NCBI GenBank assembly: GCA_031119475.1
Contig: JAVHXV010000008.1
Span: 83,244 to 147,243, forward strand
Source: Pedobacter sp.
Lineage (GTDB): Bacteria > Bacteroidota > Bacteroidia > Sphingobacteriales > Sphingobacteriaceae
DNA length: 64,000 nt
Direction of reading: 5' to 3'
Shown here: positions 30,108 through 38,955 of the stretch, piece by piece
Layout of the letters: each line of letters begins with the position of its first letter
How positions within the stretch are numbered: the first letter of the stretch is position 1
Made by a program: the position numbers and the translations under genes
Notes under the pieces: model-generated
Seen by the model: only the letters and a program-made list of their open reading frames with translations
Database searches by the model: none
What the model was told of the DNA's origin: nothing

Positions 30108-31214
30108 ATGAAAGAAAAAAATAAAAAGAAGCATGTTGGGGTAGTGACCAAAAAATCACTACAGTTTTTTGAGGCTTATATCAATAACCCTGCACCTACG
30201 GGTTATGAGTGGGAAGGACAACGTCTGTGGCTTGATTATCTTAAGCCTTACGTAGATGAGCAGTTTATCGACAATTATGGTACCGCAGTTGGAGTGATCA
30301 ACCCGAAGGCCGCATACAAAGTGGTGATCGAGGCACATGCCGATGAGATTTCCTGGTATGTCAACTACATCACCAATGATGGTCTGATCTATGTGATCAG
30401 GAACGGCGGTTCGGACCATCAGATTGCGCCATCAAAGCGTGTAAACATCCATACCGAAAAGGGAATGGTGAAAGCAGTGTTTGGCTGGCCGGCTATCCAT
30501 ACGCGCCATGGTGAAAAAGAGGAAGCCCCACAGCTGAAAAACATCTTTTTAGATTGCGGCTGTACGACGAAGGAAGAAGTGGAAGCACTGGGGATTCATG
30601 TGGGCTGTGTAATTACCTATGAAGATGAATTTATGGTGCTGAACGACAGGTATTATGTAGGCAGGGCACTAGATAACCGTGCAGGTGGATTTATGATTGC
30701 CGAAGTAGCCAGACTATTAAAAGAAAACAAGAAAAAATTGCCTTTTGGTTTATATATCGTGAATTCAGTTCAGGAGGAAATTGGGCTGCGCGGTGCAGAA
30801 ATGATTGCCCAGCGGATCAAGCCCAATGTAGCCATCGTAACTGATGTGACACACGACACGACGACACCAATGATAAGCAAGATTACCCAGGGCGATCTGG
30901 CAGCCGGAAAAGGGCCTGTGGTATCTTATGCACCGGCCGTACAGACCAACTTGAACAAGTTGCTGATCAAAACAGCCGAAGACAACAACATTCCCTTCCA
31001 GCGCCAGGCATCATCACGCTCCACCGGAACCGATACCGATGCCTTTGCCTATTCGAACGGAGGTGTGCCTTCCGCACTGATTTCCCTGCCCTTGCGCTAC
31101 ATGCACACTACGGTAGAAATGATCCACAAGGAAGATGTAGACAATGTCATCCGCCTGATCTATGAAAGTGTACTCAACATTAAGGACGGACAAGATTTCC
31201 GGACGTTCAGTTAG
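30108..31214 (+). CDS. M42 family metallo-aminopeptidase
   Basis: AHADEI, ALDNR, QEEIG, DVTH, GTD, RYMHT metal ligands. Confidence 0.92.
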   Translation: MKEKNKKKHVGVVTKKSLQFFEAYINNPAPTGYEWEGQRLWLDYLKPYVDEQFIDNYGTAVGVINPKAAYKVVIEAHADEISWYVNYITNDGLIYVIRNGGSDHQIAPSKRVNIHTEKGMVKAVFGWPAIHTRHGEKEEAPQLKNIFLDCGCTTKEEVEALGIHVGCVITYEDEFMVLNDRYYVGRALDNRAGGFMIAEVARLLKENKKKLPFGLYIVNSVQEEIGLRGAEMIAQRIKPNVAIVTDVTHDTTTPMISKITQGDLAAGKGPVVSYAPAVQTNLNKLLIKTAEDNNIPFQRQASSRSTGTDTDAFAYSNGGVPSALISLPLRYMHTTVEMIHKEDVDNVIRLIYESVLNIKDGQDFRTFS

Positions 31215-31319
31215 CAGAGCGAAGAGCGCGAAGAGCAAAGAGCAAAGAGCAAAGAGCAAAGAGCAAAGATTATAGATCATTGTCGATGGATAATTGACCA
31301 TCGACTATGGATGCTATCT

Positions 31320-31597
31320 GTAGAAAAATCTTATGCATCATGCATGTCCCCCTCTGGAGGGGCAGGGGGAGGACGAGAATTAATTTTAACAATATAGCAA
31401 TCCATCCTATTTAGAAAAAATTCCTTCTGCGCCACGCATGTCCCCCTTCGGAGGGGGCAGGGAGAGGATGAGAATTACTTTGAACAGTATAGCAATCCAT
31501 CCTATTCAGAAAAAATCCCTTCTGCGCCACGCATGTCCCCCTCTGTCCCGCAGGCTCCGCAGGAGCTCCCTTGGAGGAGGGGGCAAGGGGAAGGATG
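31320..31597. repeat. Three tandem ~95-bp units, each with a CCCCCT..AGGGGGC REP-like hairpin
   Basis: GCATGTCCCC at 31342, 31436 and 31531; the intervening sequence is also repeated. Confidence 0.85.
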
Positions 31598-31788
31598 ATA
31601 ATCTATGTAAATATTTCAAAAAATTTGATTCGTTAACTAATCTCCCTGTCTTTCTACTTTATACTTTCTACTTGCTACTTATCCCCAGCCTTAACTAGAA
31701 CGAAAATAAATTACCACTCTCACTCCCTAACTACTTGTATTCCTGCACAACAAATATTATTTTTGCGTTAAATCCGCTAAATCTCGCT

Positions 31789-32337
31789 TTGTCTAAACAC
31801 ACACATACCATTCCGTTCGAGGAGCTGTTTAAGCATAACTATGCGAAGTTGTGTCTTTTTGCCATGCAATACCTAAAGGACGACGAAGCGGCGAAAGATG
31901 CTGTACAAGAGACATTTGTGGGTTTATGGAGCAAAAAAGAAGAACTCAAGGTCGAACAGGCCGCCATCACTTCTTATTTATATACCTCGGTGCGGAATGT
32001 CTGCCTGAACAAGCTCCGCAGGCAAAAGCTCGAAAACGGCTTTCTCAACGATCAGGAGCCCAATCCGGTACAGGAAGAGAGTGGACTGAACGCCATGATC
32101 CGTGCGGAAGTGGTAGCTGAACTTTATCAGGTCATGACCACCCTGCCAAAAAACTGTCAACAGATTTTTAGGATGGGCTATCTCGAAGGCCTAAAAAATC
32201 CGCAGATTGCAGCCGAACTTGGCATCAGCATTAATACGGTCAAAACACAAAAGAAACGTGGATTGGAATTGGTAAGGGCCAAATTAAACCCCGAGTTCTT
32301 TATCGTACTGCTTTCCTTTATTGTAGGAATCAAATAA
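31789..32337 (+). CDS. ECF sigma-70 factor (Bacteroidota expansion family)
   Basis: 'AKDAVQETF..LW', 'SYLYTSVRN', region 4 'IAAELGISINTVKTQ'; TTG start after TATTTTTG at 31758-31765. Confidence 0.92.
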   Translation: MSKHTHTIPFEELFKHNYAKLCLFAMQYLKDDEAAKDAVQETFVGLWSKKEELKVEQAAITSYLYTSVRNVCLNKLRRQKLENGFLNDQEPNPVQEESGLNAMIRAEVVAELYQVMTTLPKNCQQIFRMGYLEGLKNPQIAAELGISINTVKTQKKRGLELVRAKLNPEFFIVLLSFIVGIK

Positions 32338-32340
32338 TCA

Positions 32341-32378
32341 GACAACCTCGCAGGTTCTTAAGAACCTGCGAGGTTGTC
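32341..32378. repeat. REP-like perfect 38-bp palindrome, copy 2
   Basis: GACAACCTCGCAGGTTCTT|AAGAACCTGCGAGGTTGTC. Confidence 0.85.
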
Positions 32379-32435
32379 AAAAAAAAATCAATTTCTTTTC
32401 ACCCCTTTTTGGTTTTCAGGTTTCCTATATAGGAA

Positions 32436-33581
32436 ATGAAAACACAAAAACTCCCTATCTTAATCTCCAACCTGATTACCAAATATCTAAAAAACGAGCT
32501 TTCAGCTAGTGAACGCTCAGTTTTTGAGCAATGGCTGAATGAAGACCCCTCCCATCTGCTCCTGGTAGAATCGTTTAGAGATACCCATCAGGTCCAACAA
32601 GAACTCAATTATCTCCACCAAGTTGACGTCAATGCGGGCTGGAATAAATTCATGGACGAGGTTAGGCCCCAGCCCAGATTAAACTGGAAGAAGATCATCT
32701 CCTATAGTTCTGCGGCCATTGTACTGATCGCCATGAGCTTTGCGCTCATCTATTATGTGCAGCAGACCGAGCTTGCGCTTCCAGGCACCGCCCAAGAAGC
32801 ACTGGCAGACATTATGCCGGGCTCGCAAAAAGCAGAGCTGGCCATGGCCGATGGCACTGCACTGAACCTTGTGGGCACACCCAACAAATCTCAGATAGCC
32901 CATCTGGCAGCTATGGAAGTAAAAGATGGATTCTTATGTTACAAAAATAGAATCCACAAAGGCTATAACTCGCTCAGCACACCAAAGGCAGGCGAATATA
33001 AGGTGATCTTGCCCGATGGCAGTAAAGTTTTCCTGAACGCGGCATCAACTGTAAAATTCCCGGCCAACTTTAACCAAAACCGCTGCATCGAACTTAAAGG
33101 TGAAGCTTATTTTGAGGTGGCACACAATAAGGCCAATCCTTTCCGCGTCTTGTTCAATGATACACAGGTTGAAGTGCTCGGCACACATTTCAACATCAAC
33201 TCGTACGCAAAAAACAGTAAAACCACACTGATCGAAGGATCGATCAAGATTACGGAGAACAATATCGAAAGCCTACTCAGACCGGGCGAAGAAGCCAACA
33301 TCGCCAATGGCACGGTCGACATCAACAAGGCAGACACCTATAAATCAATCGCCTGGAAAGAAGGCATGTTCTATTTTCAGGATGATGACATGAAAGAGAT
33401 CCTTTCGCAGGTATCGCGCTGGTACGATGTAGAAATCGTGTATGTAGGCAAGCCATCTGCCAAAAAATACAGCGGCGACATTAGGCGCCAGGCTACGCTC
33501 AACCAGGTATTGGCCATGCTAAATGCAGTTAGCGGCGTAGATTTTACGCTGAACAAAAAAACCCTAACCGTAAACTTCTAA
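32436..33581 (+). CDS. FecR family anti-sigma factor
   Basis: One TM; LPDGSKVFLNAAS, GEAYFEV, VLGTHFNI, C-terminal 'SRWYDV'. Confidence 0.93.
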   Translation: MKTQKLPILISNLITKYLKNELSASERSVFEQWLNEDPSHLLLVESFRDTHQVQQELNYLHQVDVNAGWNKFMDEVRPQPRLNWKKIISYSSAAIVLIAMSFALIYYVQQTELALPGTAQEALADIMPGSQKAELAMADGTALNLVGTPNKSQIAHLAAMEVKDGFLCYKNRIHKGYNSLSTPKAGEYKVILPDGSKVFLNAASTVKFPANFNQNRCIELKGEAYFEVAHNKANPFRVLFNDTQVEVLGTHFNINSYAKNSKTTLIEGSIKITENNIESLLRPGEEANIANGTVDINKADTYKSIAWKEGMFYFQDDDMKEILSQVSRWYDVEIVYVGKPSAKKYSGDIRRQATLNQVLAMLNAVSGVDFTLNKKTLTVNF

Positions 33582-33638
33582 ACCAACAACCAAACCAACT
33601 ATATGCAAAAACACACACAACCACACAGATGATTGCAC

Positions 33639-33725
33639 AAAAAAGCCGAGGACATTGCAGTGTTCTCGGCCAGATGTGTAATGCTCAAATTGCCTATCCG
33701 TTAAATAATCAATTTTAAACCAACA
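33639..33725 (-). ncRNA. Candidate cis-antisense sRNA upstream of susC (DonS-like)
   Basis: Minus-strand TATTTTTG at 33730-33737 overlapping the susC ATG; hairpin 33645-33670 followed by T6 on the minus strand. Confidence 0.45.
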
Positions 33726-33736
33726 CACACAAAAAT

Positions 33737-36700
33737 ATGAAACATTTTCTTCCCGGCAAGTTACCGGGAAAATATAGGTTAATTCCTAGAAAAACATTAT
33801 TAACCATGAAGTTAACAACCCTCTTACTTCTCGCCAGCTGTTTAGTCGTTCAGGCATCAGGCTATGCGCAAAAGGTTACACTTTCTGCCCGCAATGCCGG
33901 CATTGAAAACGTTTGTATCGACATCAAAAAACAAAGTGGTTTTTTCTTTCTTTACGATGCATCCGTACTTAAAAAGGCCGGAACCGTCAATATCGAACTG
34001 AAGAACGCATCGCTCGAAGACGCATTAAAACAACTTACTTCGGGCAAGCCCCTCACCTACCAGATCATCGATAAAACGGTCATCATCCGTGAGGCCAATG
34101 CCAAATCTGCAGCTGCAGACATTACGGTAAAGGGAACGGTGAAGTCTAAGGAAGGGCCTGGACAGGCAGACCTGCCCCTACCTGGTGTAGTAGTAAGCGT
34201 AAAAGGGACCAACAGGGCGACTTCTACAGATGGCAATGGAAACTATACCATCCAGGCACCTGCCGATGGGATTTTGGTTTTTGCCATGTTGGGCTACGGT
34301 TCACAGGAAGTGAGCATCAGCAACCAAAAAACCATCGATATCGTATTGGCAGAGACTGCCAGCCAATTGCAAACGGTTATCGTAACGGCATACGGCTCGA
34401 AAGAACGCAAGGAAAACCAGATCGGAAGTGCCTTTGTGGTTACGGCCAAAGACCTAGAGCGCAAACCACAGGACAGGATCGACCGCTTGCTGGAAGGTAT
34501 TGTTCCTGGAATACAGTTCCAGGTACAGGATGGGGGAACAAGTACAGCAAGGCCGAGATACCAGACTACCATACGTGGTGAAGGCTCTTTTGGTGCCGCG
34601 GTTGACCCACTTTGGGTAATTGATGGAATTCCACTTAAGACCGGAAATGAGAACAATGCCATTATAGGCGTAAATACCAGTGTAAGTCCATTGACCTACC
34701 TTAATCCAGAGGATATCGAGTCGATCGTCGTGCTCAAAGATGCAACGGCCACTTCGATTTATGGTGCCGACGGATCGAACGGGGTTATCCTCATTACGAC
34801 CAAGAAAGGTATCCCTGGCCAAAAGAAATTGGACTATAAGGTCAATGCAGGCATCAGTTTATTGAACAACAACCGCTTCCATGTGCTCAATGCCGATGAG
34901 TACCGCGAACTCTATACCGAATCCTACCGCAACAATACCGCATTGAACCAATCGGCCATGCCAAACTTGGGTACGGCAAACGTAGATTGGTACGACCTGC
35001 TTTATCGTAACGGATTGACTACTTCACATAACCTGACCTACTCTGGTGGAAACGAAAAAACCAGATATTATATTGGTGCTGGCTACTACAATGAAAGACC
35101 GATCATTATCGACAACAAGGTAGAACGTTTTTCGGGCAGGGTCAATGTTGACCAAAAAGTGGGCAAATTTGTAGACTTATTTTTGCGTGTCGGCGCTTCG
35201 TACAATGTAAACGAGTTCTTTTCGCCTGGTGACAGCTATTACAATAATAGGCCAATCGATAGCCCATATGATGCAAATGGCAACTATGTGGTAGCGGCAT
35301 ACAACAGCCTCGCCATTGCGAAATTGAATGACGACGGACAAAAAACCAATGCCATGCAGGGAAGCATTGGCGGTACCGCACGCCTCTTGCCATGGCTCAC
35401 CTTTACCTCTACCAATGGCATTGATTGGAGCAAGATTACCCAAAAGGAATTCAGATCGGTTTATACCTTTGGCGAAAGAAATAATGGCGGATATGGCGTA
35501 GAAGGCAGGACCCGTTCCTTCAACTGGAATAGCCAGCAGCGCGTTAACTTCGATAGAACATTCGACAAACACGAGGTTTCGGCCCTGATAGGTGCCGAGG
35601 CGAGAAGCCTGAGCAGACGATCAAATAACCTGACGGGATCTTATTTTACAGATGATAACGTAAGGGACCTCAGGTATGCCACCAAGGTAACGATCGAAGC
35701 CCCAAGCGGTGAAGACCAAACTGGCGTTTCTTATTATGGACAGGCGAGGTACACCTTTAATAACAAATACAGCGTGCTGGGCAGTTTCAGAAGGGATGCC
35801 AATTCAGATTTCGGATCTGATGTGAGGTGGGCAACCTTTAGCTCGATCGGTGCTTCATGGACCATTAGCAATGAGAAATTCTGGACCATTAAACAGATAG
35901 ACTTTGCCAAGCTGAAGTTCAGTTATGGAACGAATGGAAACTCCAGGATCGGTAACTACAAGGCAAAAGGCGTTTACACTTTTAATCTGGACAAAGGATA
36001 TAACGGCCAGGCAGGCGCAACCATGACTACGGGAGAAAATCCGGTGTTGTCTTGGGAAGATACCAAAATCTATAATGCTGGGCTGAGCTTGGGCCTTTTC
36101 AAAAGGATTTCACTCGAAATCGAGGCTTACCAAAGAACTACAAATGGACTTTTGGATGAGACCGACGTAACCCGTACCACCGGATTTACGGGCATTACCC
36201 AAAATATCGGTTCGGTTAGGAACAGCGGGATCGAACTGACCCTGAACACCAAAAACATCATCAGAAAGAATTTTGAGTGGTCAACGAGTTTTAACCTGTC
36301 CCATAACAAAAACAAGATCATTGAGCTGTATAATGGAAACGATAAGATCTTGGATACGAAGATCAGAAGGGTGGGCAGCGATGTGAACACCTATTACCTG
36401 ATCCGTTGGGCAGGAGTAGATCCGCGCGATGGATCGGCGCTTTGGTATGATGCCAATGGTAACTTGACCAGGGAATTTGACCTGAATAACCGTGTTGCAC
36501 TCGGCTCGGGATCTCCAGATTTCTTTGGAGGGATGACAAATACGTTCAGCTATAAGCGCTTTACTTTGTCGTCGTTAATGGTCTATAATGTGGGTGGATA
36601 TGGGTTTAGTGTACTCCAACGTGATGCAGAATCAGATGGACGTAACCTGGCCACAGACAACCAGTCGGCCAATGCATTAGACCGCTGGCGCGAACCGGGG

Positions 36701-37000
36701 GACCTGACCAACTTGCCAAAATCTGTTTTGGGCGAAAATGCCAATTTTGGAAGGAACTCATCACGTTTCCTGCATAAAAAGACATCCCTGCGCCTACAGA
36801 ACATCAGTCTGAACTACAGTTTCGACAAACAATGGCTCAGCAAGATTAAACTAGATCGCGCGAGTGTATATGTCCAGGCAGACAACGTGGGCTTCTGGAC
36901 ACCATACAGCACCGCATCAGACCGTAACGACTATAGAAATTATGCCAATCCATATCCATTGCCATTGTTGATTTCATTTGGCCTAAATGTTGGATTTTAA
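33737..37000 (+). CDS. SusC/RagA TonB-dependent transporter with N-terminal STN signalling domain
   Basis: STN and CarboxypepD-like domains, PLWVIDG, 'LNPEDIESIVVLKDA..IYG..GSNGVILITTK', C-terminal F. Confidence 0.95.
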   Translation: MKHFLPGKLPGKYRLIPRKTLLTMKLTTLLLLASCLVVQASGYAQKVTLSARNAGIENVCIDIKKQSGFFFLYDASVLKKAGTVNIELKNASLEDALKQLTSGKPLTYQIIDKTVIIREANAKSAAADITVKGTVKSKEGPGQADLPLPGVVVSVKGTNRATSTDGNGNYTIQAPADGILVFAMLGYGSQEVSISNQKTIDIVLAETASQLQTVIVTAYGSKERKENQIGSAFVVTAKDLERKPQDRIDRLLEGIVPGIQFQVQDGGTSTARPRYQTTIRGEGSFGAAVDPLWVIDGIPLKTGNENNAIIGVNTSVSPLTYLNPEDIESIVVLKDATATSIYGADGSNGVILITTKKGIPGQKKLDYKVNAGISLLNNNRFHVLNADEYRELYTESYRNNTALNQSAMPNLGTANVDWYDLLYRNGLTTSHNLTYSGGNEKTRYYIGAGYYNERPIIIDNKVERFSGRVNVDQKVGKFVDLFLRVGASYNVNEFFSPGDSYYNNRPIDSPYDANGNYVVAAYNSLAIAKLNDDGQKTNAMQGSIGGTARLLPWLTFTSTNGIDWSKITQKEFRSVYTFGERNNGGYGVEGRTRSFNWNSQQRVNFDRTFDKHEVSALIGAEARSLSRRSNNLTGSYFTDDNVRDLRYATKVTIEAPSGEDQTGVSYYGQARYTFNNKYSVLGSFRRDANSDFGSDVRWATFSSIGASWTISNEKFWTIKQIDFAKLKFSYGTNGNSRIGNYKAKGVYTFNLDKGYNGQAGATMTTGENPVLSWEDTKIYNAGLSLGLFKRISLEIEAYQRTTNGLLDETDVTRTTGFTGITQNIGSVRNSGIELTLNTKNIIRKNFEWSTSFNLSHNKNKIIELYNGNDKILDTKIRRVGSDVNTYYLIRWAGVDPRDGSALWYDANGNLTREFDLNNRVALGSGSPDFFGGMTNTFSYKRFTLSSLMVYNVGGYGFSVLQRDAESDGRNLATDNQSANALDRWREPGDLTNLPKSVLGENANFGRNSSRFLHKKTSLRLQNISLNYSFDKQWLSKIKLDRASVYVQADNVGFWTPYSTASDRNDYRNYANPYPLPLLISFGLNVGF

Positions 37001-37010
37001 TACACACACC

Positions 37011-38465
37011 ATGAAAAGAAATTATTTTAACATCATATTAATGTTGGTCATCTGCCTGATGGCAAGTGCCTGCAAAAAATTCCTGGAAAAGGAGCCGATC
37101 AACCGTACGGGCAAGCTTACCCTTTTCGAGACCGTAGATGGTGCAAAACTGGCGATCAACGGCGCATATAACCTGATGCTTACTTACAACCGCAGCGAGT
37201 TTGGGCTGTATGGCGATCTAAGTTCAGATAATGTGATCAAATCTGCAACCGCTACAACCGCGTTGCCACTATTCAATTTTACCAGTACGCCAGGCGATGA
37301 TGAATTTGCCGCAGGCCATATCTGGCTGAACATTTACAGCGCACTGAACAATGTAAACAATATATTGGAGGCTGTACCTGGCCTTAAAACCAAATTTCCT
37401 GCGCAGACAAGCACACTTGACTCCATTTATGGGCAAGGTTTGGTAATGAGGGCACTGTGTCATTTTGACCTGAGCAGGACTTATGCGCAGCCCTATAATT
37501 TTACGGCAGATGCCTCGCACCTGGGTGTGCCCGTACTGACCAAAACGCCTAGTCCTGGTGCCGAAGTGCCAAGGAATACGATCAAAGAGACCTATGCTCA
37601 GATTGTAACCGACCTGCAGGCTGCATTGCCTTTCCTGCAGCAGTATGCCAACCATACCGATCAGGCAAGCATTAGCTATCAGGCCGCATTGGCCTTGCTT
37701 TCGCGGGTTTACCTGTATCAGGGAAACTGGGCACAGGCAGCCAGTTATGCCACCATGGTGATAAATGACCCGGTTTACAAACTGGCAGATCAGACCAATT
37801 ACAAATCACAGTTCCTGAATACAAATACCAAAGGTGCTAATCCAAAAATTGGTGTAATCTTTCAATATAATAACATTCCGAGTGGCAGTTCCATCCCGGC
37901 ATCTACCGTATTCCCGATCTATTCTGATGCTACGGGCGCACAATATACTGCCAGTTCAAAATTGCTCAGTCTTTATGATGCAGATGACCTCAGGGCCAAT
38001 CTATTCTTTGTACCGAGCAGTGGACAGAACATTGGAAAAGTATTGAGCACCAAATATGGCAATGGCAGCTTGTCTACGACCACTTTGACCATTAAAGTGA
38101 TCAGGTTGGCCGAACTGTATCTCAATCGTGCGGAAGCGGATTGGAACCTGGGCAAATACACGGAAGCCGCCGAAGACCTTCGTATCATTTCACAACAGGC
38201 GCATCCGAATAGGGTCATTACCATCACCTACCCTTCAAATGCCGACCTGTACAGGCAGATTGCCGACGAGCGCAACCGCGAGCTATGCTTTGAAAACCAC
38301 CGCTTTTTTGATCTGGTGAGGAGAAAGGAAAACCTGGTGCGTGGAGGAGATTGCAATGCCACTACCTGTAGCCTAACCTACCCGAACAATAAGTTCGTGC
38401 TGCCGATTACCGTGAAAGAACTTGAAGCAAACCATGCCATTATCCCTAATCCTGGCTATAACTAA
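37011..38465 (+). CDS. SusD/RagB nutrient-binding lipoprotein
   Basis: Lipobox ASAC, 'RALCHFDL', 'IRLAELYLNRAEA', 'ERNRELCFENHRFFDLVR', NPGY end. Confidence 0.93.
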   Translation: MKRNYFNIILMLVICLMASACKKFLEKEPINRTGKLTLFETVDGAKLAINGAYNLMLTYNRSEFGLYGDLSSDNVIKSATATTALPLFNFTSTPGDDEFAAGHIWLNIYSALNNVNNILEAVPGLKTKFPAQTSTLDSIYGQGLVMRALCHFDLSRTYAQPYNFTADASHLGVPVLTKTPSPGAEVPRNTIKETYAQIVTDLQAALPFLQQYANHTDQASISYQAALALLSRVYLYQGNWAQAASYATMVINDPVYKLADQTNYKSQFLNTNTKGANPKIGVIFQYNNIPSGSSIPASTVFPIYSDATGAQYTASSKLLSLYDADDLRANLFFVPSSGQNIGKVLSTKYGNGSLSTTTLTIKVIRLAELYLNRAEADWNLGKYTEAAEDLRIISQQAHPNRVITITYPSNADLYRQIADERNRELCFENHRFFDLVRRKENLVRGGDCNATTCSLTYPNNKFVLPITVKELEANHAIIPNPGYN

Positions 38466-38472
38466 TACCGAA

Positions 38473-38940
38473 ATGAAAAAAATTAAGATATATCTGCTTG
38501 CCCTGGTCATCTTGCCTAGTTTATTGTCGATTTCCTCTTGCAAGAAAGAAGTTACCCCATATAATAACCCATTCTTCCACATTATGGTGGATAACAAGGG
38601 CAGCGTTGAAGTACTTTCCAACCGCAAGGATGTGGTGAACTACAATGTGTACCTCAGTGCCGAGCTCCAATTTGAGCCGATCGAAGTAAAATACGAAGTT
38701 GTGGTGGGCAATGGCCTTGCCGAAGGGAAAGACTTTGAACTGATTACCAAGGGAAATACATTGACTTTCCCTCCGGGGATCTTTGAACGTCCTATTACCA
38801 TCCAATGGAAAGAGGCGGCATTAGACCCAACGAAAAACAATACCATTATCATCAGATTATTAAGCAACAGTAAAAACTATACTTTAGGCTTACCTGGCCC
38901 AGACCATTTGCAGAAAGAATTGATCATTACTAAAAAATAG
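38473..38940 (+). CDS. Small Ig-like (DUF4843/Calx-beta-like) lipoprotein
   Basis: Lipobox ISSC-KK; 'AEGKDF..TLTFPPG' Calx-beta-like motif. Confidence 0.7.
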   Translation: MKKIKIYLLALVILPSLLSISSCKKEVTPYNNPFFHIMVDNKGSVEVLSNRKDVVNYNVYLSAELQFEPIEVKYEVVVGNGLAEGKDFELITKGNTLTFPPGIFERPITIQWKEAALDPTKNNTIIIRLLSNSKNYTLGLPGPDHLQKELIITKK

Positions 38941-38955
38941 AAGGAACAGCAGCAC

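Noticed and set aside
31320-31597. Possible CRISPR array
   Set aside because: The intervening segments are near-identical copies rather than unique spacers, the period is 95 bp and there are no cas genes
31438-31698. 86-aa ORF
   Set aside because: Lies within tandem and heptamer repeats; no protein-like features
33603-33632. 9-codon ORF MQKHTQPHR before the susC hairpin
   Set aside because: Too short and low-complexity to support without conservation data
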